Shown: one piece after another, positions 47,901 to 60,000 of the stretch | How the letters are laid out: the number at the start of each line of letters is the position of its first letter | Position numbering within the stretch: the first letter of the stretch is position 1 | Notes under the pieces: generated by a model | What the model saw: only the letters and a program-made list of their open reading frames with translations | Database searches by the model: none | Told to the model about the DNA's origin: nothing | Made by a program: the position numbers and the translations under genes | Assembly: GCA_964187785.1 (NCBI GenBank) | Contig: OZ076409.1 | Coordinates: 42,658,001 to 42,718,000 of the forward strand | DNA length: 60,000 nucleotides | Direction of reading: 5' to 3' | Origin: Amphiscolops sp. MND2022 | Taxonomy: Eukaryota

Positions 47901-49810
47901 CTAGAACGAGAGTCGGACTCAGGGTCATTATGACTGATTGAACCATTGATTGTGTTAGATAATTACTTTTCTATGGGGTTTGCATTTTCACTCCCAAGTA
48001 AAACGTCCATGTTTTCAAAATCGGACATCAAGTCCAACTCTCTTGACCTTCTATCTTTCGCCTTTTGTTTTTTTGTAGACGGCATTGAAATTATGCGAGA
48101 GAGTAATATTGAATTATTTCTCGAAATTTATGATTGTACCATTTTCAACATTAACAATTCGTTATGAAAGTAGCAGTGTGTCACAGCCCCTCGACAAGCC
48201 ATATTTATACTCCTAGGAAGATGACATTCCAAATTGGGAGAGCCATGTTACTGAAAATAGCGGAATTCTATTTAAAAAATGACACACTCCTATAAATAGC
48301 AATATGACATCATCAACATTATCATCATGAAAGTGCGAGCTGTTAATTTTGTTTACGAGGCCTTGAGGTCCACATAAACATGGCATATATACATGCATCA
48401 GCATATGGGTATGAATCCCTATTAATATGATATCACATGTATGGTGTATGTGCGCAACATGACAAAGGCCATGGAGGCCGAAATACATATTGTTACATGG
48501 GAGCTAATGTAACAGATGAATTTCATCATTAGGGCTGGTTGTTTTGTATTTAGGGTGATACAAGGGCATTACCACGTTGTACAGCATTAAGTCCTTTTCA
48601 ATCAATCAAGGGGACTGGTGGTCTACCTGTCATCAATTGTACAGCACACTAGTATGCGTGGCCGTGCGAAGCCTTTAATTAATAACAGCGAGCAAATATT
48701 ACACTTGCTTGGATGTAGTCCTCTGATTGGCCACGAAATTAATCGGACAGCTAGGCCAAGACGACAGGCGAGAAAACACTTGAACAGGTTTCCTTTGCTT
48801 GTACGCCTTGGCGTCCAATTCCTAATATAATGCACGTATTTTACATGTTAAAATGTACAAATCGTAAAAGCAACAGTATTAACTAATGGTTTGCAAGTCC
48901 TTTTATGGCCAAAATGGCCAACTAAGTGTTAAAGTCCATATAAGGGACAAAATGATATGGCCTTGAATTATTAAAATAAAGATGAAAATAATAAAAGAAT
49001 TGTATGAAATAACAAAGATTTCGAGATAAACTAAAGTAATCTAGATATTGCTGGCAGACACTTTCTATATGTCGACGTAACTTCTAAGTAACTAAAAGTG
49101 ACACCAAATTGTATAGCCACGAACTCCAATTTCGACATTTTGTCTAATCGTTGATTCACCTTCCAATTCTTCCAACTTGATTCGTCTACAGTTATCCTCT
49201 TTTTTGCAGTATTTAGTCACCATTTTTCAAAGTCAACCGTTAGTCTTTGAACTGTATTATTTGTAACCTCCATTTATATCACTTCTTTGGGACAATCTGT
49301 CCTGCTTCCCACCTTCGGGAGATGCTTCTGATTATCCCCAGAATATCGACGCTCTAGTCCCAATTAGCAGCTTGCTTCTACTCGTCTGCACTTTTGCTGT
49401 CCCGGAAAAGAACAATACAGCCTCCCAAATTCGGACACTGAGTCAACCTTCCTCAAGATCACGCAGACGGCAATCATTCTTCGGACATTGCGACAGCTGG
49501 TCTGTTCTATTACCAACTGCGCTCCCCAATCACCTACATCAAATTCTAGAAACCTCCGAGTTGCTACTATTGCCCCACAGTCGATTCGACGTAGATCAGT
49601 ACACTTTAAAAATTTACTTAGGCTTGAAGGTTTTGATTCGAACTACTCCGGGGCCTAATCAGGGCTCTCATTTCATGCACGTATTTCCTGACAAAATAAC
49701 ACAAAAATACTCAAGTGGTCAGCTTTGTCCACTTTCTGAAGACTTTTGAATGCGGCACGTTGGTTTACACAGGAAGTTCACCGCTAATTATAATCTCTCT
49801 GTGTTTAGAC

Positions 49811-52800
49811 ATGACGTCTAACGAAAACCTTGAACTCGTGCAAGTTGAACCAACGAAGACGCAGGCTTCCATTCAATAAGTTGCTACAGAGAGTACTCAA
49901 GCCGAGAAAACTCTTGCAGAGTCAATTACACCCGCATCTGCCTCCACCGGGTCAGCCACAGAAAGTTTGCCAGCTTACGCTGAACGAACCGTTGAAGCAA
50001 ATTTTGCTCGAGACGGCTCCAACATTACATCTCATCTCCGCTTCCCAATCAAACTGCGGTACCGCCAGGGACTATTCTGAAAGCTTCAGAGTCAAAAGAG
50101 GTTGGCATCAACACAAAAAGAGAATACCTACCCACCCAGGGTGAGCCAGAGAGTGGTCACCCAATCTTGTATAGACGATGATGTGATGAACCCAGCGTTA
50201 TCAGCTTTTCAGCCGCCAGGGGCCCAGTTGATCCTTCATCCTATTTTACTGATACAAGCAAAGTTGAAAAGTTAATGGATAGCTCTGGAGTCGACGGAAC
50301 TGTTAGCCCGCAGGGTAAGGGCACTTCCACTTTCATAAGGGGGCCCACCCGAGGAGAAGATACCCCAAGCGGTAATGACTCCCCCAATGCACAACCAGGG
50401 CCCAGTCAGGGACACACTCTGGTGCCGCGACAGCTCTCAGCTAGTAGGCACACATTGCTTCGGAAGTATTTAACTGAAAAAGATATGATTAATTTACCCC
50501 GAGGTCGTCCCACCATGGCTCTCACTAAGGGACAGATGCACACTAAGCTAAAAACCATTTCTGATGAGAACATCTTGTCCACTTTCCATCTGATGAAGTC
50601 CCTACTCCTGCAGGTCACATTAGGAAAAATTCTAAGTAAAGAACAGTGTAGACACCTGGGACGAGCCACATCTACTGCCAACCAATACTCGAACAGTTCA
50701 GGAGATGAGACTACAGATGTGGACCCACCAGTGATGGGTATACTAGTGGAGCCAACAACATGGACGATGAGCCGGACAGTCTGTCTTTTTGTTTAGGGAT
50801 GGGAGAAACAAGCCAACAATGAACCGCCGCAACTGCAACTTAGCAATGCACTGACCCAAATGACTTCGGAGCATTATGTGATGGAGCATTAAGCCCTGGC
50901 AGCGAATATAGTTTGGGTGATTATGGCCCCTTTCCACTCTCATTCCGAACCAGGCCAGTCGGCTACCCAAAAAGTCTCCCCCGTAAGCGCAGAAGACTAG
51001 TGCGACGACCTGGGGAGGTGATGAAGGAGGCTTATTTTAACGGCATCCGCTGGACAAAGACCTTTGTGACTGGCCCACTTGACCCTGCGCACTATCAATT
51101 TAAGTTTTAATGCAAGATCTGCGAAACCAATGTCTCTTTCTAATCTAAGGGAGCCAGAGAAATGATACATCATTTCCTGGCCGCGTCTCGCTTAAGGAGA
51201 GATCAGTTCTGGAGATACAACCACCTCAGTCAACCGGACAAGATCACTGGTGTCGTGACACACCAAGTGCGAGGGAAGAATGGAGTCCTGTTAACTCCGC
51301 TAGAGCTCGAAAAGGAAAATCTTCTATTTGAGCCTGCTCACTTAGTGGATATTGGAGGGAAATTCCCTTTTTACGAGGACTACCTCGCGCAACTAGAAGG
51401 ACGACAGTCCACCAGAGACGCGCGGGACAATAATCAGATTCCTTTGATCGGAAACAAAGTCCCACTCAGTGGCGATATTGGACTTCTTCACACGCTCTGG
51501 ACTCGAATTGGCATACATATGAACCACCGGGAAGCTTTCTCTCCTTTTGATTGGGAGTCTGCGAGGCTGACTGTGTGTCATTTTCCATGGACTAATTTGT
51601 AGGATATTACTTTCTGGAGAAACTATTTTCCTTTTTGTGTTTAGGCAAATTTCCACATTTTTTCATTTGTGGAGTAGAAGACCTTTCCAGGCAAATTGTA
51701 TCCAGCGACATGTATTCGCTAGAGTTTGAGACAGCTGGCCGTTCTCGATTGATGTCTGTCCGTTTCTGGAAGGATGATACGCTAGTGCGGGTCCTGATGG
51801 ACCGCTGCCCCCTGTCCATCGAGATCCCTGGAAGTTACTATGCTGGAGCTTCATGATTGCTCTCAGTCACTTCAGCCAAGCCCAAACTAGTCAGCGTGTC
51901 CCGGTGTCCAACCTCAGTAGTACAGGCTTTCGATGACACTGGGCAGCTTCTTTACGGAGTGCAGTATCCCTTTCGGTTTGGCGACTTCTCTCTTTCAACT
52001 CTCATGCATCAATCCGAGGCAAACGTCTTTGGTACCAATGAATTCTTCTCCCAATTCAAATTCCTGATTGTGACCCTCATCGGAATTCTCATCCAATCTT
52101 TGACTATACAGGCGCCTGAGCTGACTAAGGTTAACATCCCTTTTTGTCTTTCTCAGACTTGGACAACTCTTTGAACGTCATTGAGACTTGTATTTCCAGG
52201 CAGTCGAGACTTGTAATTTTGAAATACAAAACATCCCAGCCATTTGTTCCGAGTTGATAATCCACTGGCAGACAGTGTTGGATTACCTTACCAGGATTGC
52301 GCCCTCGAATAACAGGCAAGGACTGGAGGGTACGGTGAGCATTTCAATTTTCGTCCTCTCAGCGCGTCAGCGATAGATCCAGTAGGGTTCATAAATTATC
52401 AGTACTTGGTTCCTATGATAAATATTGTCTTGTCTTAATTCAGCCGCAGAGTCTTGAGTGGGCAATCATCGCCGATGACTTATTCCCCGTCACGTTGGAA
52501 CTTTTCGGTTGCCTAGTCCGGGACTGTAAGTAATCCCAGTTAGTCCTGATCCAAGCATGTTTTATATAATGTAGTCTTCGAACATACATGTACAGCATAG
52601 ATCTAACATTGACGCGATCTTTTGATCATCTCCAAAATGCTATTTGTTGGATTCTAACCAGTTGCCATCTGCTTTGTTTAGACAACAAGTGCTTCGATCG
52701 AAGTCTGTTGAGACGTAGAGATTCTGGTTTTTCACCTTCGGCGAACTGTGTGGGTGGGTGGCTTCATCCGCAGATTGTGCAGCTGAGGTATATTAACATA

Positions 52801-53735
52801 CTCTGCTGACACTGACAGTCCGGACCTTACAGTTTTCTCTGATGAATACCGAAGTTGAATAGCCGTGACTTCTCCTTCGCTTCAAATTGAAGTTCAACAT
52901 TAACGAAACCGCTCGGGCAAAAACTTGGAAGGAGAACAGCTGGAAAAATATCCTGAACTCTATTATCGAAGGGCTTACGGAGACTGTAAAAGACAATTTT
53001 GCCATCCAAGCTCGGAGTTACGTCGTGTACATCTTGGACTCCTTGTTGAGAGTAATCGGACTGACAGCTGGCGTAGTTCGAGGAATGGCAAGTTTGATCT
53101 TACCGTCCTATTAACGCAGCCCATGGAACAAATCCCTGTTTTGCTTTAGAGCATTATTCCATAGCTTTCAGCTGCGCAGATGGGTCCTGGAGTCCAACGA
53201 GTCCGAGTATCGAGCGGAATAAATCGAGTTCAGTGACCACTTTCGAAATTCTTGAGGGAATTTTAGAACCTCAGAGTTGGTCACTGACGTAGTCGATTTA
53301 CTGATTCCAATGCCAGCCCTACAAAGTAGACCTCGGCTTCTCCATTTGTTTAGACTCAATTGCCTTTGCCTAACTGAGTTTAGTCACAACCTGGCAGCTA
53401 TCCAATTATAAGGCACTGATTCCACTGATTCAAATTGCCGATTATCAAGTGTTCTTCGTTCTTTTACCTGCTCAGTCTTACCTAGCGACAGTACCTCAAT
53501 CCGTGATTTCTTGTGCATCGGAAACTGCTTTGGCCGAGTTTCATGAACTCGAATCTCGCTTTGATTCAAGGGACGTCCCTGGAGTCCCTTGGAACCATGT
53601 TGACTCAATTGGACAAAGAAAAATTTGAAAAATTCTACAAGGTATGTTGACCGGCTACAAGTCTCAAGGCAGTGATGCTTGCACGGCCAAAGTCGTTCGT
53701 AGTCGTTCCTCCTCCGTTGTTAATGAAAATCAGCG
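49811..53735 (+). pseudogene. Decayed antisense gene: low-complexity N-terminus, C2H2/BED-like zinc finger, hAT-transposase-like remainder; candidate introns
   Basis: Chain of plus-strand ORF fragments from ATG 49811; KF*CKICETNVSF*SKGAREMIHH at 51102-51173; YSLEFETAGRSRLMSVRFW; GT..AG segments 51573-51644 and 52335-52443. Confidence 0.55.
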
Positions 53736-56700
53736 ACAGCTTTCCGGTCCCCTGGAAAAACTGTCAAACTCGCGGCCACCAGCCATTCTCGACATTATTT
53801 CATTTTCAGTGACGTCATTTTCACTCCTTTCGCTGCTGCTTTCATCTTCGTGAGCGCTGCTGCGTTCATCTTCAGTGACGTAATCGTCTACTTCGCCGCT
53901 CCTGTCGTCATCCGGTAGATGTGTGGCTGTATCTGGCCAATAATTTTTTCTCGTCTCAATTAGCTCGTAATCAAACTCCACTTCCCATTATAGATTATAA
54001 AAGTCGTCTTGCGGTATTACTATCTCGTCGTCAGGCTGTAATGTTTCACCGGAAAAATTGTCCTAAAGGGGCGTGTTTGTTACAGTTTTTTTATAGTCCA
54101 ATTCGGTGTAATGTCGTTTGGCAAAACGTTTTGAATGACAAAAGGACCTATCAACCGGTTGCCTTTAAATGGAGTTCTGGATGCTTGACTGTCAGCTTTA
54201 GGCTGTAGGACAAAACAATAATCCTTTTCTCTAAAAGGAGCAGTTTTGACATTTCGTTCATAATAGTCCTTGTACTTCAAGTACGACTGCATAACCTTTT
54301 TTTATGTTTCTTCTTCTTTGTTTGATCCATAAGGATTGGCGTCCTCTGCTGTACTGCTTCCGCAAATTCTGTGATTGGCAAAAAATTTTTATTAGGGTTA
54401 TTCCCTAATTTATGGTCCACGACATTGTAGGAGATGCGTTTATGAATTACTTTGCTCGGCTCACATCCAGTAGTAGTTCTTTTACAAACTTCCTGTAACA
54501 ATTTAGATGTGCCAGGGTGTTTGTTTGCCGTGCCATGTAGGGCGTGTAACAATTCTTTTAGCAAGTGCTTTGGCAGTAGTATTTGTTGATATTTGCTTTG
54601 ACCAGTTTCATTATAGTATTGCTGTGTCATTACTTCGTCCTTGAGTACTATGCGGTTCAGATTATTAAAATAATTTTTGTACTGAATTTCCTGTTGGAGA
54701 ACTTCCTCCGAATGCTCTTCTTTCTGGATGTTTGCTTCAAGTTGGAGCGAAATTGGATCTCCAGCCTGCTCCAACAGTATCTGATTAGTTCGTCGCAGTT
54801 TCTGGGTGAAACTAGTGCTTTCATCCACGTGGATTTCAGATATTGCATCTATTTGTATTACGGTGTCATCGACCTTATGTTCCTTTTTGGACAATTTCTT
54901 GCGCTCCCAAATCTGTTCCTCTGTTTCGTCTCCTTCTTCAGTGAAGAATACTTGTTCTTCCTCTGACACGCCGGTCGATTGGACATTCACCTCAATGGGT
55001 CTGGTTTCAACATCTTTACGTATTTTTAGGATCAGTTTTTCGTTGGGATTCATTTCCATACGGGACGGATAGTCCGCCGCTGTGTTGATTTTGCCTGGAA
55101 TGTGAGCTATGATAAAATGATAAAAAAATATGAGTTACGTAGTGATTGCATTCCAGAGTGGCGATGGTATGATTTTTGTCTGGAAAAACCTCGTGACCAG
55201 TTTATTGTCTGTAAGAATATTATTTGGTTTTGGCATTCCTCAGAAAATATGTCCAAACATTTTGAAAGCGTATTATATGGCTAAGAATTCCTTTGCATAT
55301 ATTGACATTTTCTGCTGCAAAGTAGTGAAAGTTTTTGATCCGTAGGCTACAGGCGCATAGGACTTTTTGACATAAGTGAACTTTTGATTTGGATCGTCTT
55401 CAGTCAGAATGGCAAAACCGGCTGCCGTGAAACTTGCATCTGACATTAAGACCAGTTGTTCATTTGGCAATGGTGCTTTAGGGCCAGCTGGCTACACCTG
55501 TCAATGTCCTGGTTGATTTCTTTGAATTCTTGTACCAGCTCCGTGGTCACTAAGACTTTCTCATCGTTTTTAAGGAGTTGGAGGAATGGTAGCAATTTTT
55601 ATGATAATCATGGAATTTCATTTCTCTAGTAATTGAGGAAACCAAGATAACGCTACAGGGCTTTCTTAGCTTTCGGGAATTATGTTTCTTCCAAAAATTT
55701 TTTTTCTTTCTTCCGGGGAGTGGGGAGGGGCTTAACACCTTCTTGGGTTATAGTCCTTCCCAAGAAATCAATTTCACTTGCGCGGAAGGAGCACTTGTGC
55801 ATCGTTAGTTTTATCCCAGCTTCTCTGATGCATTCAAAAGTTGCCCTCAAAATTGTCGGCGTCGTTGGCTGCAAGGCCTATGTCGTCGATATATTGGATG
55901 CATTGATCTGCTTTAATTAACTCGATCGAAGTATACCCTCATAAAGCTAGAGAAGGCCCATAGGGCTCTGCTGAGTCCCTGAGCCAGTTGTCTATAGGCA
56001 AAAAACCTGCTTGCAAACTTAAATGCTAGCATTTCTATGGATCTTTGGTCCGCCATTTGAAAAGTTTCTTTCCAGACAAATGTAGCGCGGCATCCGTGAG
56101 TGTACTGACTGGTGATTATTATTAAAATAATCAACTGAGATAAGAATTTTAATTTTTCTCAGGTCGCTAGTAGTCTGAGTTTCCCATTAGGTTTTTTCTG
56201 GGGGGCTGGCGTATTTAGAAAAAGGCAGGGTTGTACTGATGTCACTTTCATGGATTGACGGCAGCTCGACCAGTATGTCTTCTTCTAAGTTAATTGGGGT
56301 GGGCAAACATTGACTATAAGCTGTTGAATCATCCTTTGGGGTCAGTTTGACAGTGAATTCTTCTTTAATGCCAATGTTAAATTTATGACGAGCGAACAAG
56401 TCATGAAATTCTATCAAAAGTGATTCAATTCTTTTGATCTCATGCTGTTATACCATCGAGTCCTTCCGGTCAAAGTTGCTGAAGAATTTTCGACGAGAAT
56501 CTTCGTCGTCATTCGGTTTCAGTTTCTCCGCTTCTTGCAGGTTGCCCAATTCTCTGAGTATTCGTTTTTGTGTAGGTGTATGGGACTCCTCGTCTCCTGG
56601 ATTTTCAGGTGTCGGGAACCAATATTGTTCGTGTTCGTCATTGTTTCTGTTCGCTTGAAGAAGACTGCTGAGGTAGTAGACGGCGTGCTCTCCCTTTTCG

Positions 56701-57875
56701 TTTAGTACGTGCTAGGTAGACACTTGGTCAATTAGTCTGACGTGTTTATTTTGTTCAGGGGTCATCACTGAGAAATTTGCAATATGCAATCCTATTTAGG
56801 TTTGTAAAGTTGGTCAGTGAAATTGTTGACGCGTATCCCCATGGTCCCTTTATTCAGTGTGATTGTTGCTGCGCAAAATTTTACGTCGCTTTCTTCGTGC
56901 AAAAGGTCCTCAGATTGTAATATTCCTTTGACTGCGTTCTATGCATAAGTTTGGGATTGTATTGTAAGGACCGTGTGGTAATTTGGTGGAATGGTCACGT
57001 CCTTGGGACTAAGTAGTAGTCCCATGACGTTTGAGTCTTTGTAGTCAGCCGTTTTCAGTTGCATAGAGAAATAGAGAAAATTGAGGTTACCTTGACGCAA
57101 GTCCAGGACTGTGTGGTTTATTCGGAGGAACATTAATCCGACTCTGGTACTGGATAACTTCTCCAATAATATAAAAAATTCATGAAACTCAATGTCCCCT
57201 ACTTCAAATTTCAATTCAACTGTACTCTTTGGGGTTTCTAAATCTCCATTTGCGACCAGTCTATGGAATGATGGGACAGGTCAGTCTTTGATTATGGGTT
57301 GAGGCGCTAGTAGGCGTATTTTCTTGAGGTCTGCTTCGGGTATTGCACTGGAGTGGGCCGCAGTATCTATCAGGCCGTCTAGTATTAGTTCTCCAAAGTC
57401 CATTGGGAAGTCTAGCATCCGTCGTTTGAACTTAGGGCCAAGGTTTGTTGAAAGGGGAATATATGCTGGTTCTCCCTCCTTGGTGACCAGAACATGCAAG
57501 AAAACCTTTTCGTCTAATCGGCTGTTTGTAACGTTGTGTAATTCTTGCCTTTGAAATTCTTCTATTTCCTCCGGGTGATTTGCTTCTGAATTCGGCTGCC
57601 AAATTCTATGAGGGCCCTGAATAATTTGTTGTTTTCAATCTCAAGGTCGTCCGCGTCGTCTGTTGGAGGATAGTCGTTATGTCTAAAGTGTAAACCTTCC
57701 TTGTCAATGTGTACTTTTTTATATATCTTGATGTAGGCTTTTTCCATCTGTTGCTACCATACAACGGACGGGGTGCCATTGGTGTCTTTGATAAATTGGG
57801 GAAGTTTGGTTGTGGGAGGATCTGATATGACATGCTGTCGGACCGACATGTAGTCTTGTATTTGGAGTCATGGCA
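53730..57875 (-). pseudogene. pol: Decayed pol (protease, dUTPase-like segment, RT, RNase H, partial integrase)
   Basis: LIDTAA; VTIPPNYHTVL; RT QGLS and YIDD (about 55880-55895), IDFLG; RNase H MSDASF and KEFLAI; integrase LHGTANKHPG; acidic tail. Confidence 0.88.
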
Positions 57876-57878
57876 AAG

Positions 57879-59542
57879 TTAGTTTTTTGAATCAGGCTGC
57901 TTTAAGTTTGGTTGGCTTGAGGTAGACGTTTCAGGATTATTTTCTTTCTTGGCTGTTCCTTCATCACCTGAGGCATCATTTGCTTTGTCGTCAGGTCGGG
58001 TTCTCTCAGGACGTAGATGAGCACCAGCGCCTTGCCAACATCTTTCTGGTGGGTGATTCTTTCGCCCACGGGTTTCACATGGTGGATATGTTTGTATCAG
58101 TGGTTTTTTGCCATTTTCTCTTCCATTTCTTGCTTTAAAGTAACAGCATTGAGCATCTTCATTGGTGTCATTGCCATTGGACAGCAAGTTGCCGGTATTT
58201 GTGGACACTGAGGCCGTTGTGGCAATTGGTAGGTCGTCTGATTCCCCCAATGCGTTGAGTTCTAGCTCTCTTTCAAGATGAGCTACGATCTTTTCATATG
58301 TCCCATTCTGCAGACGGGCAATGTTGACGGATCGTTTCAATTTTGGAGGCAGTTTAGCACACAACACGCTGTCAATCATTCTTTTCGCGTTCTCACTAAA
58401 GGCTTTTCAGCTCTTTGGTTTTACTCTTCCAAGAAGTCCAGCAGTTTCGCGGTATTAGAATAGGAACTGAGCCTATGCCATTTATGTTTTGCAATAGCTT
58501 GTGACTCCGGTTTTACATACTTTCTCCGGAAGATGACCAGTACGTCCTCCAAAGTTTGGCGATATTTTGAGTTTATGTTCTTGAATGTCTGCAAGGATCC
58601 TTTTTGTAACAATGAGTGGAAATGATTAATTTTCATTTGTTCTTCAATGCTGGTTGCATTATAATCGTTTGGAACAAGTCCTCAAAGAGTTCAAAATTTT
58701 CGCTCTTTTCATCGAACGTCATCGGAGTGACTGTAATTGGTCGGATCGTCATTGATTGTGGTTTATTCTACATGTTGACCAGTAAATCGGCCAGTCTGTT
58801 GATAGGGTCCTGGGGTGTTTCAGGCACCTCGGGTTTTGGGGCTGGCAGAGTCGTGTCCAGAGAGACATTATAGATCAATTCTTGTCGCTCCAGGTTCGGG
58901 GTTGAGTGGATTCGTCTTTTCAGGAATTCAAGAATTTGCCGTTGGGTGTCGGTAGCTCCTGTCACCATGTAAGAACTAAAGTCTTCCCTGTATCTTAGAT
59001 CACAGGCAGACCTACAGTCCTTCTTTGCAAATTTAGTTTACAACCCATTCGCACCAGTATTGTTTTCCTGAATATTTGATGACAAACGAGATTCAGTGTC
59101 CCTGTTTCTTGAAAATATCCTGAACATTAACTCATGATAATTTGTATCTCTGGGATTACTCTTTCAGAAATCGCTGAGATGATAACTCTCTTAAAATGTG
59201 AGTGCATCAATAACATCATGGCGTCCATATCCTGAGAGAGTCTAATATTAATCTCATTAGAGAATGTTTGCGTTGAGTCCAAGATTGCAGCTTGTCTAGG
59301 AAATTGACCTTCATGGTTGAAGTCGCGATTTTCATTTTCATCAGAAGGAATAGTCCTCTAGTACGAGAGTCGGACTCGTGGTCATTATACCTGATTGAAC
59401 CCTTGATTGTGCTAGATAATTCCTATTCTATGGGGTTTGCATTTTCACTCCCAAGAAAAACGTTCATGTTTTCAAAATTGGACATCACGATCATCTCTCT
59501 TGATCTTCTAGCTTTCGCCTTTTGTCTTCTTGTAGACGGCAT
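57879..59542 (-). pseudogene. gag: Decayed gag starting inside the 5' LTR
   Basis: ATG at 59542 MPSTRRQKAKARRSRE; KINHFHSLL, VFRRKYVKPESQA and AKLPPKLKRSVN shared with the gag at 29021; ends SKN*. Confidence 0.85.
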
Positions 59543-59919
59543 CAAAATTATGCGAGAAAGTACTATTGAATTATTTTTCTATATTGATGATTGTAACATT
59601 TTCAATATTAACAATTCGTTATCAAAGAATCATTGTGTCAGAGACCCCCTGAGAAGCCATAGTTATACACCTAGGAGGATGACATTCCGAATTGGAAGAG
59701 TCATGTTACTAAAAATAACAGAATTCTATCTGAAAATAGACACACCTCTATAAGTATATGACATCTTCAACTTTATCATCATCAAATTGCGAGCGGTAAA
59801 AATTGTTTACGTGGCCTTGAGGTCCACTTCAACATGACATATATACATGCATATGTGAATGAATCCTGAATAATATGATACTACATGTAAGGTGTATGTG
59901 CGCAACATGACAAAACGCC

Positions 59920-60000
59920 ATTTTTCATTTTTTTCCTCATGCGGGTACTGTAGAAGAGACTACTTGACACTTTGAAATCCTTTCGCTATTTTTGAGCCTT
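59920..60000 (+). mobile_element. Helentron/DINE-like 3' region running off the window end
   Basis: ttgacactttgaaatcctttcgctatttttgagcctt resembles the reverse complement of 5165-5202. Confidence 0.55.

Larger units (their letters stand above)
47755..59920 (-). mobile_element. Older Ty3/gypsy element of the long-LTR lineage with antisense cargo gene
   Basis: LTR-like repeats at about 47755-49060 and 58968-59920, clearly diverged and with truncated outer ends; PBS TGGTGACAGGAGC at 58967 on the minus strand; gag-pol homologous to 29021-33020. No TSD found. Confidence 0.8.

Overview
AT-rich eukaryotic DNA, probably from an invertebrate animal, dominated by transposable elements; no prokaryotic operons, CRISPR array, rRNA or true tRNA were seen. 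There is one clear host-type gene, an intronless 548-aa membrane-anchored sulfotransferase-like ORF (25187-26833). Four Ty3/gypsy-type LTR elements from two lineages are present. The short-LTR lineage gives a 1.06-kb gag-only mini-element (9687-10748) and a decayed 4.66-kb relative (38008-42665). The long-LTR lineage starts gag inside the LTR and joins gag to pol by an AAAAAAC -1 frameshift: a recent non-autonomous copy lies at 28052-37799 and an older minus-strand copy at about 47755-59920. The older copy carries a ~3.9-kb decayed antisense gene with candidate introns, a zinc finger and hAT-transposase-like motifs, which is the most unusual system here. Also present are tRNA-derived SINEs, Helentron/DINE-like elements, nested MITEs and a hierarchical ~1.14-kb tandem array. 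Family assignments come from motifs read by eye, not from database searches.
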